Shown in pieces: positions 8,915 to 17,010 of a stretch of 32,000 bases of DNA (position 1 is the first letter of the stretch; each line of letters starts with the position of its first letter). The notes beneath the pieces were generated by a model. That model was not told the origin of the DNA, made no database searches, and saw only the letters and a list, made by a program, of their open reading frames with translations. The position numbers were made by a program, and so were the translations under genes. Source of the stretch: Desulfobulbus propionicus DSM 2032 (GTDB lineage Bacteria; Desulfobacterota; Desulfobulbia; Desulfobulbales; Desulfobulbaceae); assembly GCF_000186885.1 (NCBI RefSeq), contig NC_014972.1, positions 2,130,001 through 2,162,000 of the forward strand. The letters are read 5' to 3'.

Positions 8915-9553
8915 ATGCAGATTCAATACAAACCCCGACGCGGACTCCTGGCGACCATTTTCCAGGCGGAGATCCTCCAGGGCATGACCCTGACCCTGAA
9001 GCGGCTCTTTTCCAAGCCGATCACCCGCCAGTATCCCGAGGAAAAACCGCGCATCCGTCCCGGCTTTCGCGGCCAGCACGCCCTGGTGCGCGATCCCGAG
9101 ACCAAGGACTGCAAGTGCATCGGATGCATGCGTTGCGCCATGGTTTGTCCGTCGCGCTGCATCCGCATCCGCTCCCACAAGGACAAGGAACCGGGCAGCC
9201 GTCGGATCATCGACTGCTACCGCATCGAATCGCTGCGCTGCGTCTACTGCGGCTACTGCGAGGAGGTTTGTCCGGTCAATGCCATCGTCCTTACCGAGGT
9301 CTTTGAGTACGGCTCCTATGAGCGGCCCTCGCTCTACTTCACCCGGGAACAGTTGTTGGCCAACTGGGACCGGTTTGTGGCGGAAAAGGGCGCAGAGATG
9401 GAGACCTATGTCAATCCTTTCTGGCGGCCGCGCGGCCTGCCTGAAGAGGGACTGCCCGCCCCCAAACGGCTGCCGGTGTCGCCCGAGTGGAGCGGCGAGC
9501 AGCAGGTGGTGGGCAGAAAGTGGCGGCAGCATCTACCGCCGGAACAATCCTGA
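8915..9553 (+). CDS. nuoI: Complex I subunit I (2x[4Fe-4S])
   Basis: Motifs CIGCMRCAMVCP and CVYCGYCEEVCP are present. At 212 aa it has a somewhat long Pro/Glu/Trp-rich C-terminal tail. Confidence 0.93.
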   Translation: MQIQYKPRRGLLATIFQAEILQGMTLTLKRLFSKPITRQYPEEKPRIRPGFRGQHALVRDPETKDCKCIGCMRCAMVCPSRCIRIRSHKDKEPGSRRIIDCYRIESLRCVYCGYCEEVCPVNAIVLTEVFEYGSYERPSLYFTREQLLANWDRFVAEKGAEMETYVNPFWRPRGLPEEGLPAPKRLPVSPEWSGEQQVVGRKWRQHLPPEQS

Positions 9554-9562
9554 GGAGGGGCC

Positions 9563-10126
9563 ATGTTTCTCCAGTTCTTTTTCGGCTACTGCGCGCTGAT
9601 GATCATTGCCAGCGGCATCCTGGCCATCAGTTTGCGCAACCTGGTGCACAGCGTGCTCATGGTGCTGGTGCTGTTCTTTCACATGGCCGGCCTCTATCTG
9701 ACCCTGAACGCCGAGTTCTTGGCTGCGGTGCAGATCATCGTCTATGCCGGCGCCATTCTCGTGCTCTACCTCTTTGTGCTCTTTCTGGTCAGCCTGCGCG
9801 AGGAACTGCATTTGGACGCCTTTGTCCCGGGGGCTTGGCTTGGGCGGATCATTGCCGTTGGTCTGGCCGTGGGGCTATTGTATGTCATCCCCGCCTTTAC
9901 CCTGGGCGAGAAGGGGACCTGGTCGGTCAGTGCCATCCGCGAGTTGACCCACACCAAGGCCCTGGGCCAGGAGTTGTATTCCGCCTATTTGCTCCCCTTT
10001 GAGATCGCCGGCCTGATTCTGCTGGTTGCCCTGATCGGCGGCCTGGTGCTGGCGCGCCGGGAGGAGGTACCTCTGCCCGGTGCGGATGCGGACCCATCCC
10101 CGGAACACAAGGAGGTGGCGCGATGA
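9563..10126 (+). CDS. nuoJ: Complex I subunit J
   Basis: 187 aa with the NuoJ/ND6 pattern (NLVHSVLMVLVLFFHMAGLYLTLNAEFLAAVQIIVYAGAILVLYLF). It has an ATGA overlap with nuoK. Confidence 0.92.
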   Translation: MFLQFFFGYCALMIIASGILAISLRNLVHSVLMVLVLFFHMAGLYLTLNAEFLAAVQIIVYAGAILVLYLFVLFLVSLREELHLDAFVPGAWLGRIIAVGLAVGLLYVIPAFTLGEKGTWSVSAIRELTHTKALGQELYSAYLLPFEIAGLILLVALIGGLVLARREEVPLPGADADPSPEHKEVAR

Positions 10127-10425
10127 TCCCCCTGTCCTGGTACATGGCCCTGGCCGCGATCCTGTTCTGCATCGGGGTGTGCGGCTTTCTCACCCGGCGC
10201 AACGTGATCATCATGTTTCTCTCCATCGAGCTGATGCTCAACGGCGTCAACCTCAACCTGGTGGCGCTGAGTCATTTCATGGACAGTGTCCGCGGCCAGG
10301 CCTTCACCTTTTTCATCATCACCGTGGCCGCGGCCGAGGCCGCCATCGGTTTGGGCATCGCTATCGCCCTCTACCGCAGCCGGCGCAGCGTGCACGTCGA
10401 TACCATCAACCACCTCAAGGGATAA
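10123..10425 (+). CDS. nuoK: Complex I subunit K
   Basis: 100 aa with the NuoK/ND4L pattern (RRNVIIMFLSIELMLNGVNLNLVA...AAAEAAIGLGI). Confidence 0.93.
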   Translation: MIPLSWYMALAAILFCIGVCGFLTRRNVIIMFLSIELMLNGVNLNLVALSHFMDSVRGQAFTFFIITVAAAEAAIGLGIAIALYRSRRSVHVDTINHLKG

Positions 10426-10429
10426 CAAT

Positions 10430-12352
10430 ATGCCGGCCTCACTGCTTGCCATCCCGCTTCTGCCGCTGGCCTCCTTTGTCCTCACCCTGTTGCTGGGCAA
10501 ACGCTGGGGAACCCGGGCCCATTGGCTGCCGATCATCACCGTGCTGCTCTCCTTTGGTTGCGCCCTGGCTACCTTGTTCCGAGTTCAGTCCGGGACGATC
10601 ATCAATCAGGACCTCTACACCTGGATCGAGTCGGGCACCCTGCGGGTCTCGGTCGGCTTCCTGGTTGATCAGCTGACCGCGGTGATGCTGATCGTGGTCA
10701 CTTCCATCAGTTCGCTGGTGCATATCTATTCGGTGGGCTACATGAAAGGCGAAGAGGGCTATTACCGCTTTTTTGCCTATCTGAGCCTGTTCACCTTCTC
10801 CATGCTGATGCTGGTGCTGGGCAACAACTTCCTCCAGCTCTTTTTCGGTTGGGAGGCGGTGGGCCTGTCGTCCTATCTGCTGATCGGTTTTTACTATGAG
10901 AAGCAGTCGGCCTCGGATGCGGGCAAAAAGGCCTTTATTGTCAACCGGTTTGGCGATTTTGGCTTCATCTTGGGGTTGTTTCTCATTTTCACTCAGTTCG
11001 GCAGCCTCCACTATCAGGAGGTCTTCAGCCGAGTGGGTTCTCTTGACGGGCAGACCCTCTCCCTGTTCGGCACCCCGGTCAGTGTGGCAACCCTGATAGC
11101 CCTACTGCTGTTCTGTGGGGCCATTGGCAAGTCGGCCCAGATGCCGCTCCACGTCTGGTTGCCCGATGCCATGGAAGGGCCGACTCCGGTCAGCGCCCTG
11201 ATCCATGCCGCCACCATGGTCACGGCCGGTGTTTTTTTAGTTGCCCGCTGTAATCCGATTTTCGAACTGTCCCACTTCACCCTGAACCTGATCACCGTGT
11301 TGGGTGCCATCACCGCCCTGTTCGCCGCCACCATCGCCCTGGTCCAGACCGACATCAAGCGGGTGGTGGCCTATTCCACGGTCAGCCAACTGGCCTACAT
11401 GTTCATCGGCTGCGGCGTCGGTGCCTACTCGGCCGGCATCTTCCATCTCTTCACCCACGCCTACTTCAAGGCCCTGCTCTTTCTCGGCTGTGGTTCGGTT
11501 ATTCTCGGCATGCATCACCAACAGGACGTGCGCTCCATGGGCGGCCTCAAGCAGTACATGCCGATCACCTACTGGACCTTTCTCCTCGCCTCGCTATCCA
11601 TCTCCGGCGTGCCTGGACTGGCCGGGTTTTTCAGCAAGGACGAGATCCTGCTCATGGCCTTCAACACCCCTCTGGCCGCCGGCAAATTCGCCTGGGCCAT
11701 CGGCACGCTGGTGGCCTTCATGACCGCCTTCTACTCGTTCCGCCTCTTTTTTCTTATCTTTCACGGCGAGTTCCGGGGCACCGACCACCAGCGCGATCAT
11801 CTCCATGAATCACCCCTGGTGGTCACCCTGCCGCTGATGCTGCTGGCCTGCGGCGCCGTGGCTGCCGGATGGTTTGGCGTGCCTGCCATCCTCGGCGGTG
11901 ACAACCACTGGGCCCATTTCCTGGAGCCGGTGCTCGGCCATCCCCCTATCCATGTCTCCGGAACCGTGGAGGCCCTGCTCATGGGGAGCTCGATCCTCGC
12001 CGGTGTCTGCGGGATCGGCCTGGCCTTTTACCTGTACCGGCTCAAGCCGCAGCTGCCGACGCTGCTGGCCGAACGACTCTCCTTTGTCTACAGGCTGCTG
12101 CTGAACAAGTATTACATCGACGAACTGTACATTGGCGCCATCGTCAAGCCCACCCTGGCCTTCAGCCACGGCGTGCTGTTGCGGCTGGTGGACTTGGCCT
12201 GCATCGAAGGAGTGGTCAACGGCTTGCCCCGAGCCATTGGCGCTTTTTCCCAACGTCTGCGGCGCATCCAGGACGGCCAGGTCTCGCACTATCTCGCCTG
12301 GATGGGCGGTGGCGCCCTGGCCCTGGTGGTGGTCCTGCTGATCGGCCGTTAA
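10430..12352 (+). CDS. nuoL: Complex I subunit L (antiporter-like)
   Basis: 640 aa counted from ATG 10430 (MPASLLAIPLLPLASF...). Motifs FFGWEAVGLSSYLLIGF and KSAQMPLHVWLPDAMEGPTPVSALIHAATMV are present. The track ORF start at 10286 lies inside nuoK and is rejected. Confidence 0.93.
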   Translation: MPASLLAIPLLPLASFVLTLLLGKRWGTRAHWLPIITVLLSFGCALATLFRVQSGTIINQDLYTWIESGTLRVSVGFLVDQLTAVMLIVVTSISSLVHIYSVGYMKGEEGYYRFFAYLSLFTFSMLMLVLGNNFLQLFFGWEAVGLSSYLLIGFYYEKQSASDAGKKAFIVNRFGDFGFILGLFLIFTQFGSLHYQEVFSRVGSLDGQTLSLFGTPVSVATLIALLLFCGAIGKSAQMPLHVWLPDAMEGPTPVSALIHAATMVTAGVFLVARCNPIFELSHFTLNLITVLGAITALFAATIALVQTDIKRVVAYSTVSQLAYMFIGCGVGAYSAGIFHLFTHAYFKALLFLGCGSVILGMHHQQDVRSMGGLKQYMPITYWTFLLASLSISGVPGLAGFFSKDEILLMAFNTPLAAGKFAWAIGTLVAFMTAFYSFRLFFLIFHGEFRGTDHQRDHLHESPLVVTLPLMLLACGAVAAGWFGVPAILGGDNHWAHFLEPVLGHPPIHVSGTVEALLMGSSILAGVCGIGLAFYLYRLKPQLPTLLAERLSFVYRLLLNKYYIDELYIGAIVKPTLAFSHGVLLRLVDLACIEGVVNGLPRAIGAFSQRLRRIQDGQVSHYLAWMGGGALALVVVLLIGR

Positions 12353-12382
12353 CTCGAACCCTTACTCGCGGAAGTGTCGTCC

Positions 12383-13888
12383 ATGTCGATTCCTCTTCTC
12401 AGCACCCTGATCTTCTTTCCGGTCCTCGGCGGCCTGTCGCTGCTGATCGTCCCCCGGCAACAGACCGCCACCATCCGCTTGATGGCTCTGTTCGTCAGCC
12501 TGGTCGAGTTGTTGCTCACCCTGCCGGTGGTCCTCCTCTTTGACAAGACCACCGCCCGGATGCAGTTCACCGAACTCCATCCCTGGATCAGCACCCTCAA
12601 CATCAATTACAGCCTGGGCATCGACGGCATCAGCATTCTCTTCCTCCTGCTCACCGCCCTGATCACCCTGCTCTCGGTGCTGGTCTCCTGGGAGGCGATC
12701 CACGACAAGGTCCAGGAGTTCTTTGTCGCCCTGCTGCTGCTGGAGGGGGCGATGATGGGGGTGTTCTGCGCCCTTGATTTCTTCCTGTTTTATATCTTTT
12801 GGGAGGCCATGCTTATCCCGATGTTCCTGATCATCGGCATCTGGGGCGGTCCCAACCGGATCTACGCCACGGTTAAGTTTTTTCTCTACACCCTGGTCGG
12901 CAGCCTGCTGATGCTGGTGGGCATCATCCTCTTGTACCAAAACGGCGGCCATACCTTTGATATCCTCAAGCTGGCCGGGCAAAACTATTCCCTCAAACTG
13001 CAGCTGATCCTTTTCTGGGCCTTTTTCGCCGCCTTTGCGGTCAAGGTACCGATGTGGCCGGTGCACACCTGGCTGCCGGATGCCCACACCGAGGCCCCGG
13101 CCGCCGGTTCGGTCATCTTGGCCGGCGTGCTGATCAAAATGGGGGCCTACGGGTTCTTGCGCTTCTCCCTGCCCATCCTGCCTGAGGCCACCCAGCAGAT
13201 GCTTGTGCCCATGCTGGTCCTGTCGGTGATTGCCATCGTCTACGGGGCCATCATCTGCCTGGCCCAGACCGATCTCAAGCGGCTGATCGCCTACAGCTCG
13301 GTAAGCCACATGGGGTTCGTGACGCTCGGCCTGTTCGCCCTCAACCAGCGTGGTTTGGAAGGCGCCATCCTGCAGATGATCAATCACGGTGTGGTCACCG
13401 GTGCCCTGTTTCTCGCCATCGGCATGATTTATGAACGGACCCACACCCGCGAGATCAGCGCCTACGGCGGCCTGGCCACCACCATGCCGGTTTTTGCCGG
13501 TTTTTTTCTGCTGTTCACCCTGGCGGCGGTGGGCCTCCCCGGCACCAACGGCTTCATCGGCGAGTTTCTCATCCTCCTCGGCGGCTTTGAACGTGCGCCG
13601 TGGGCAGCGGTCGTGGCCGCTTCCGGCCTGATCCTCGGGGCCTGGTACATGCTGTGGCTCTACCAGCGTATCTTTTTCAACGAGGTCAGCACCTCCCTGC
13701 ACGGGTTGACGCAGCTCAACCTACGCGAGATCCTGACACTCACTCCCATGGTGGTGCTGATCTTCTGGATTGGCCTCTATCCCAATGCACTGCTGGGCTT
13801 TCTCCACGTTTCGGTCGGCCATCTGCTCGATCAGGTCAACGGTGTCGGCCTGGCCGGGCCGGTGCTGCCGCCCGTCAACCTTCCCTGA
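12383..13888 (+). CDS. nuoM: Complex I subunit M (antiporter-like)
   Basis: Motifs MSIPLLSTLIFFPVLGG... and VKVPMWPVHTWLPDAHTEAPAAGSVILAGVLIKMG are present. ATG 12383 is preferred (GGAAG 8 nt upstream) over the GTG at 12374 used in the ORF track. Confidence 0.9.
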   Translation: MSIPLLSTLIFFPVLGGLSLLIVPRQQTATIRLMALFVSLVELLLTLPVVLLFDKTTARMQFTELHPWISTLNINYSLGIDGISILFLLLTALITLLSVLVSWEAIHDKVQEFFVALLLLEGAMMGVFCALDFFLFYIFWEAMLIPMFLIIGIWGGPNRIYATVKFFLYTLVGSLLMLVGIILLYQNGGHTFDILKLAGQNYSLKLQLILFWAFFAAFAVKVPMWPVHTWLPDAHTEAPAAGSVILAGVLIKMGAYGFLRFSLPILPEATQQMLVPMLVLSVIAIVYGAIICLAQTDLKRLIAYSSVSHMGFVTLGLFALNQRGLEGAILQMINHGVVTGALFLAIGMIYERTHTREISAYGGLATTMPVFAGFFLLFTLAAVGLPGTNGFIGEFLILLGGFERAPWAAVVAASGLILGAWYMLWLYQRIFFNEVSTSLHGLTQLNLREILTLTPMVVLIFWIGLYPNALLGFLHVSVGHLLDQVNGVGLAGPVLPPVNLP

Positions 13889-13918
13889 TTTTTTCGCGAC
13901 ACGGATAAAGGAGCGCGT

Positions 13919-15364
13919 ATGATTGCAACTGTGGCTGTCAACTGGGCCGCCGTGGAACCCATCCTCCCTGAACTGCTGCTGATCACCATCGGCGTGCTGC
14001 TGATCGGCTGCGACCTGTTCCTGCCCCGTCAGCGGCAACTGCTGCCGTGGCTGACCGTGATCGGCTGCCTCACGGCCCTGGCCATGATCTTGGGCTCCCG
14101 GCCGACCGTCGCCTTTGGCGGCATGTTTCTTGCCGACGGCTATGCCATGGTGTTCAAGACCATCTGTCTGGGATCGGTGATCCTGAGCGTGCTGATGAGC
14201 GAGCATTTTTGCCGCGTTATCGGTTTGCGCCAAGGCGAATACTACAGCCTCATGCTCTTCTCCCTGGTGGGTATGCTGCTGATGGCCTCAGCCGGCGACC
14301 TGATGGTACTCTACCTGGGCCTGGAGCTGATGGCCCTGCCGATCTATGCCCTGGTTGGGTTGCACAAGCGCGAGCAGCGGACCAGCGAGGCGGCGATCAA
14401 ATATTTCCTCATGGGCTCCTTTGGCTCGGCCCTGCTGCTGTTTGGCATGTCCATGGTCTACGGCCTGACCGGCACCACCGAGATCGCCCGCATCGCCGAG
14501 CTGATCGGCTCCCGGCAACTGGTCGCCAATCCGGCCCTGCTCGCCGGGCTGGGTCTGCTCTTGGCGGGCTTCTGCTTCAAGGTCGCGGTGGCCCCTTTTC
14601 ACCTCTGGACTCCGGATGTCTACGAGGGCGCACCCACCATTGTCACCGCCTTCATGTCCGTCGGTCCCAAGGCGGCCGGATTTGCCATCTTCGGCCGCGT
14701 GCTCTTTGTCGGTCTACCCGAGTTGCACGGCCACTGGGGACCGGTGCTGGCGGTGCTCGCCCTGCTGACCATGGCGGTGGGCAACATCACGGCCCTGTGC
14801 CAGCAGAGCCTCAAGCGGATGCTCGCCTACTCGGCCATCGCCCATGCCGGCTATGCCCTGCTGGGCCTGCTCGCCGGAACCGCCGAGGGTATGGCCGCCA
14901 CCATGACCTATCTGATGGTCTACCTGTTCATGAACATCGGCGCCTTTGCCATCCTCATGCTCCTGGCCACGCCGGATGCGCCCTGTGAATCCATCGACGA
15001 CTGCAAGGGGCTGGCCAGCCGCAACCCGGTGGCCGCGGCCCTGATGCTGGTCTTCCTCTTCTCGCTCACCGGCATTCCGCCCACCGGCGGCTTCATCGGC
15101 AAGTTCTACCTGCTCAAGGCCGCCTTTATTGCCGGCTACCCCCTGACCGTGGTCGGCGCGGTCCTGTTCAGCGCCATTTCCGCCTTCTTTTACCTGCGGG
15201 TGGTGCGCTTTATGTACATGGAGGCTCCGCAGCAAACGGCCACCCTCCAATTTTCGCCCGGGATGCGGGCCGCCCTTGGCCTCTGCCTGCTGGGTGTGCT
15301 TGGTCTGGGACTGTTTCCCGGCTCACTGCTCAACTGGACCGTGTCGGCGTTCTCGGGGATGTAA
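13919..15364 (+). CDS. nuoN: Complex I subunit N (antiporter-like)
   Basis: 481 aa with motif FKVAVAPFHLWTPDVYEGAPTIVTAFMSVGPKAAG. AAGGAG lies 6 nt upstream of the ATG. Confidence 0.93.
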   Translation: MIATVAVNWAAVEPILPELLLITIGVLLIGCDLFLPRQRQLLPWLTVIGCLTALAMILGSRPTVAFGGMFLADGYAMVFKTICLGSVILSVLMSEHFCRVIGLRQGEYYSLMLFSLVGMLLMASAGDLMVLYLGLELMALPIYALVGLHKREQRTSEAAIKYFLMGSFGSALLLFGMSMVYGLTGTTEIARIAELIGSRQLVANPALLAGLGLLLAGFCFKVAVAPFHLWTPDVYEGAPTIVTAFMSVGPKAAGFAIFGRVLFVGLPELHGHWGPVLAVLALLTMAVGNITALCQQSLKRMLAYSAIAHAGYALLGLLAGTAEGMAATMTYLMVYLFMNIGAFAILMLLATPDAPCESIDDCKGLASRNPVAAALMLVFLFSLTGIPPTGGFIGKFYLLKAAFIAGYPLTVVGAVLFSAISAFFYLRVVRFMYMEAPQQTATLQFSPGMRAALGLCLLGVLGLGLFPGSLLNWTVSAFSGM

Positions 15365-15542
15365 ACAGTCCCCAAACCAATCCCGCGCCATCACCGGCGG
15401 TATGCGGCAACCAACAAAAAAGATCGAACGAAAGCGCGCTCACCGCACGGTTTCCATTGAGTTTTCCCTATTGTTTCAGCGCCATGTTTCCGAAGAACAG
15501 GTACCCTCTTCCTTTTTCAACCTTTCACCTGACGGAACCACG

Positions 15543-16253
15543 ATGCGAAATGGATTACTCGTGATAGTGTTGCTGACTGGCCTGGCGCTGGCAACCGGCT
15601 GCACCCAAAGCAAAGGCTCCCTGTTTGGCGGCCAGGAGACCATCGAATCCGCTTCCCAATGGAATGTGCTGGCCAACGATGTCGCCAATCGGATCAACAG
15701 TGAACTGATGCGGCAACATTATCTCACCGCTTCGGTCTTTGTTCGGCATAGTTGCGGCACACCCGAAAAGTGCGGGGAAGGCGGGACCTTTCCCTTTGAC
15801 GAGGGATTCAACGATCTCCTGACCACCCAACTGGTCAATTTCGGCGTCCACACCATGGTGGCACCGGAACACGCCAACCTAGTGGTCGACTACAAGGTGC
15901 AAACCCTCTACCATCCGTCTGACTGGCGTTCGTGGCATTGGCCCAAGCCAGGCGTACTTACCGCCCTGGCTGCGGGAATCAGCGTCATCCGCGACGCACC
16001 GTGGGAGATCATTCCCGTCGCTGCGGCCGTCGATATGTTCCGCGCCAATTACCGCCACGACGGCCAATACGAGGTGATCATCACCGTTTCCATTGTCGAC
16101 AAGAACCGCTATGTGACGCGATTCTCCGACGTATACTTCATCAACAACGGCGACTTCTGGCAGTATCGGCCAACCGCCCCCGCGCCTGAAATTCAGCTCA
16201 CCAGCCCGAGCGGCCCGGCTGCGCCTGCAACGACCCGGAAAACCAGCCTATGA
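15543..16253 (+). CDS. Lipoprotein of unknown function (236 aa), distantly FlgO/LpoB-like by eye
   Basis: Signal peptide plus lipobox MRNGLLVIVLLTGLALATG|C. The ORF-track start at 15276 lies inside nuoN, and ATG 15543 immediately precedes the signal peptide. The stop overlaps the next gene's start (ATGA). Confidence 0.75.
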   Translation: MRNGLLVIVLLTGLALATGCTQSKGSLFGGQETIESASQWNVLANDVANRINSELMRQHYLTASVFVRHSCGTPEKCGEGGTFPFDEGFNDLLTTQLVNFGVHTMVAPEHANLVVDYKVQTLYHPSDWRSWHWPKPGVLTALAAGISVIRDAPWEIIPVAAAVDMFRANYRHDGQYEVIITVSIVDKNRYVTRFSDVYFINNGDFWQYRPTAPAPEIQLTSPSGPAAPATTRKTSL

Positions 16254-16897
16254 AGTCATTTTTCCGCTCCTGCTGTGTGTTCGTGGTCTGCCTGCTGCTT
16301 TGTCTGAGCCTGTCCGCTTGTAGCGATTTCAACGGCACCCGCCTCGAACCGTTTTTGGGCGGCGATGTCAATCTGGTCGAACTGGGCGACAAAGTGGCCG
16401 AAACCCTGATCATGCAAACCTTGCCGCCCCTCATCCCGCACCAGGGTGATCAGCCGATTCTGATCACCACCTTGGTCAACAATGACAACCTCTCCGATAC
16501 CTCCAGTTTTGGCCGTAGTTTTCAAAACAACATCGCTGCCGGTTTCGTGGCCCGCGGTTACACGGTCAAGGAACTCAAGCTGCGCCGGGATCTGTTGGTC
16601 GAACTGCACAAGGGCGAATTCATGCTCACCCGCAACCTGGCGGAAATGGCCGGTATCCAGCGGGCCCAGGCCGTGGTGGTCGGCACCTATGCCCTGGCCA
16701 ACAGGGTGATGTATCTTTCCGTGCGCTTAGTCTCGCCCAAGGACCAGACCATCAAGGCCACCTATGAGGACAAACTCACGCTCGACGCCAACAGCCTGCG
16801 CATGCTGGGATTGCGCATAAAAAACGGCGCGGACCGGGATCCCATCGAACCGGCCCTGCCGCCCAGCCCGTCGGTGCTCGATGATCTCCTCTACTGA
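16250..16897 (+). CDS. FlgO-family-like outer-membrane lipoprotein (215 aa)
   Basis: Signal peptide plus lipobox ...LLLCLSLSA|C. The core ILITTLVNNDNLSDTSSFGRSFQNNIAAGFVARGYTVKE...AQAVVVGTYALANRVMYLSVRLVSPKDQTI matches the FlgO/LpoB/TolB-N-like lipoprotein pattern as I remember it. Confidence 0.7.
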   Translation: MKSFFRSCCVFVVCLLLCLSLSACSDFNGTRLEPFLGGDVNLVELGDKVAETLIMQTLPPLIPHQGDQPILITTLVNNDNLSDTSSFGRSFQNNIAAGFVARGYTVKELKLRRDLLVELHKGEFMLTRNLAEMAGIQRAQAVVVGTYALANRVMYLSVRLVSPKDQTIKATYEDKLTLDANSLRMLGLRIKNGADRDPIEPALPPSPSVLDDLLY

Positions 16898-17010
16898 CCA
16901 TCAGCCCTGCCCCAATCCCCGGCCGTCATGGCTTTAAAACGCGCCCCTTCCCTGCCGATCAAGACAGCGGCCACCCCCAGGCCAGCTGGTGCGGTTCGCG
17001 GAGCACATTC

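Noticed and set aside
8453-9532. 359-aa ORF antisense to nuoH/nuoI, plus the similar ORF at 12362-13702 (446 aa) opposite nuoM
   Set aside because: This is the same GC-skew artefact. The translations are rich in G/D/Q/H/R with no domain signatures, whereas the sense strands encode textbook Nuo subunits.
10286-10429. Upstream extension of nuoL
   Set aside because: It lies within nuoK in another frame. ATG 10430, 4 nt after the nuoK stop, gives the canonical NuoL N-terminus.
15276-15542. Long N-terminal extension of the first lipoprotein ORF
   Set aside because: It overlaps nuoN by 89 nt and would bury the signal peptide internally. ATG 15543 places the signal peptide and lipobox at the N-terminus.
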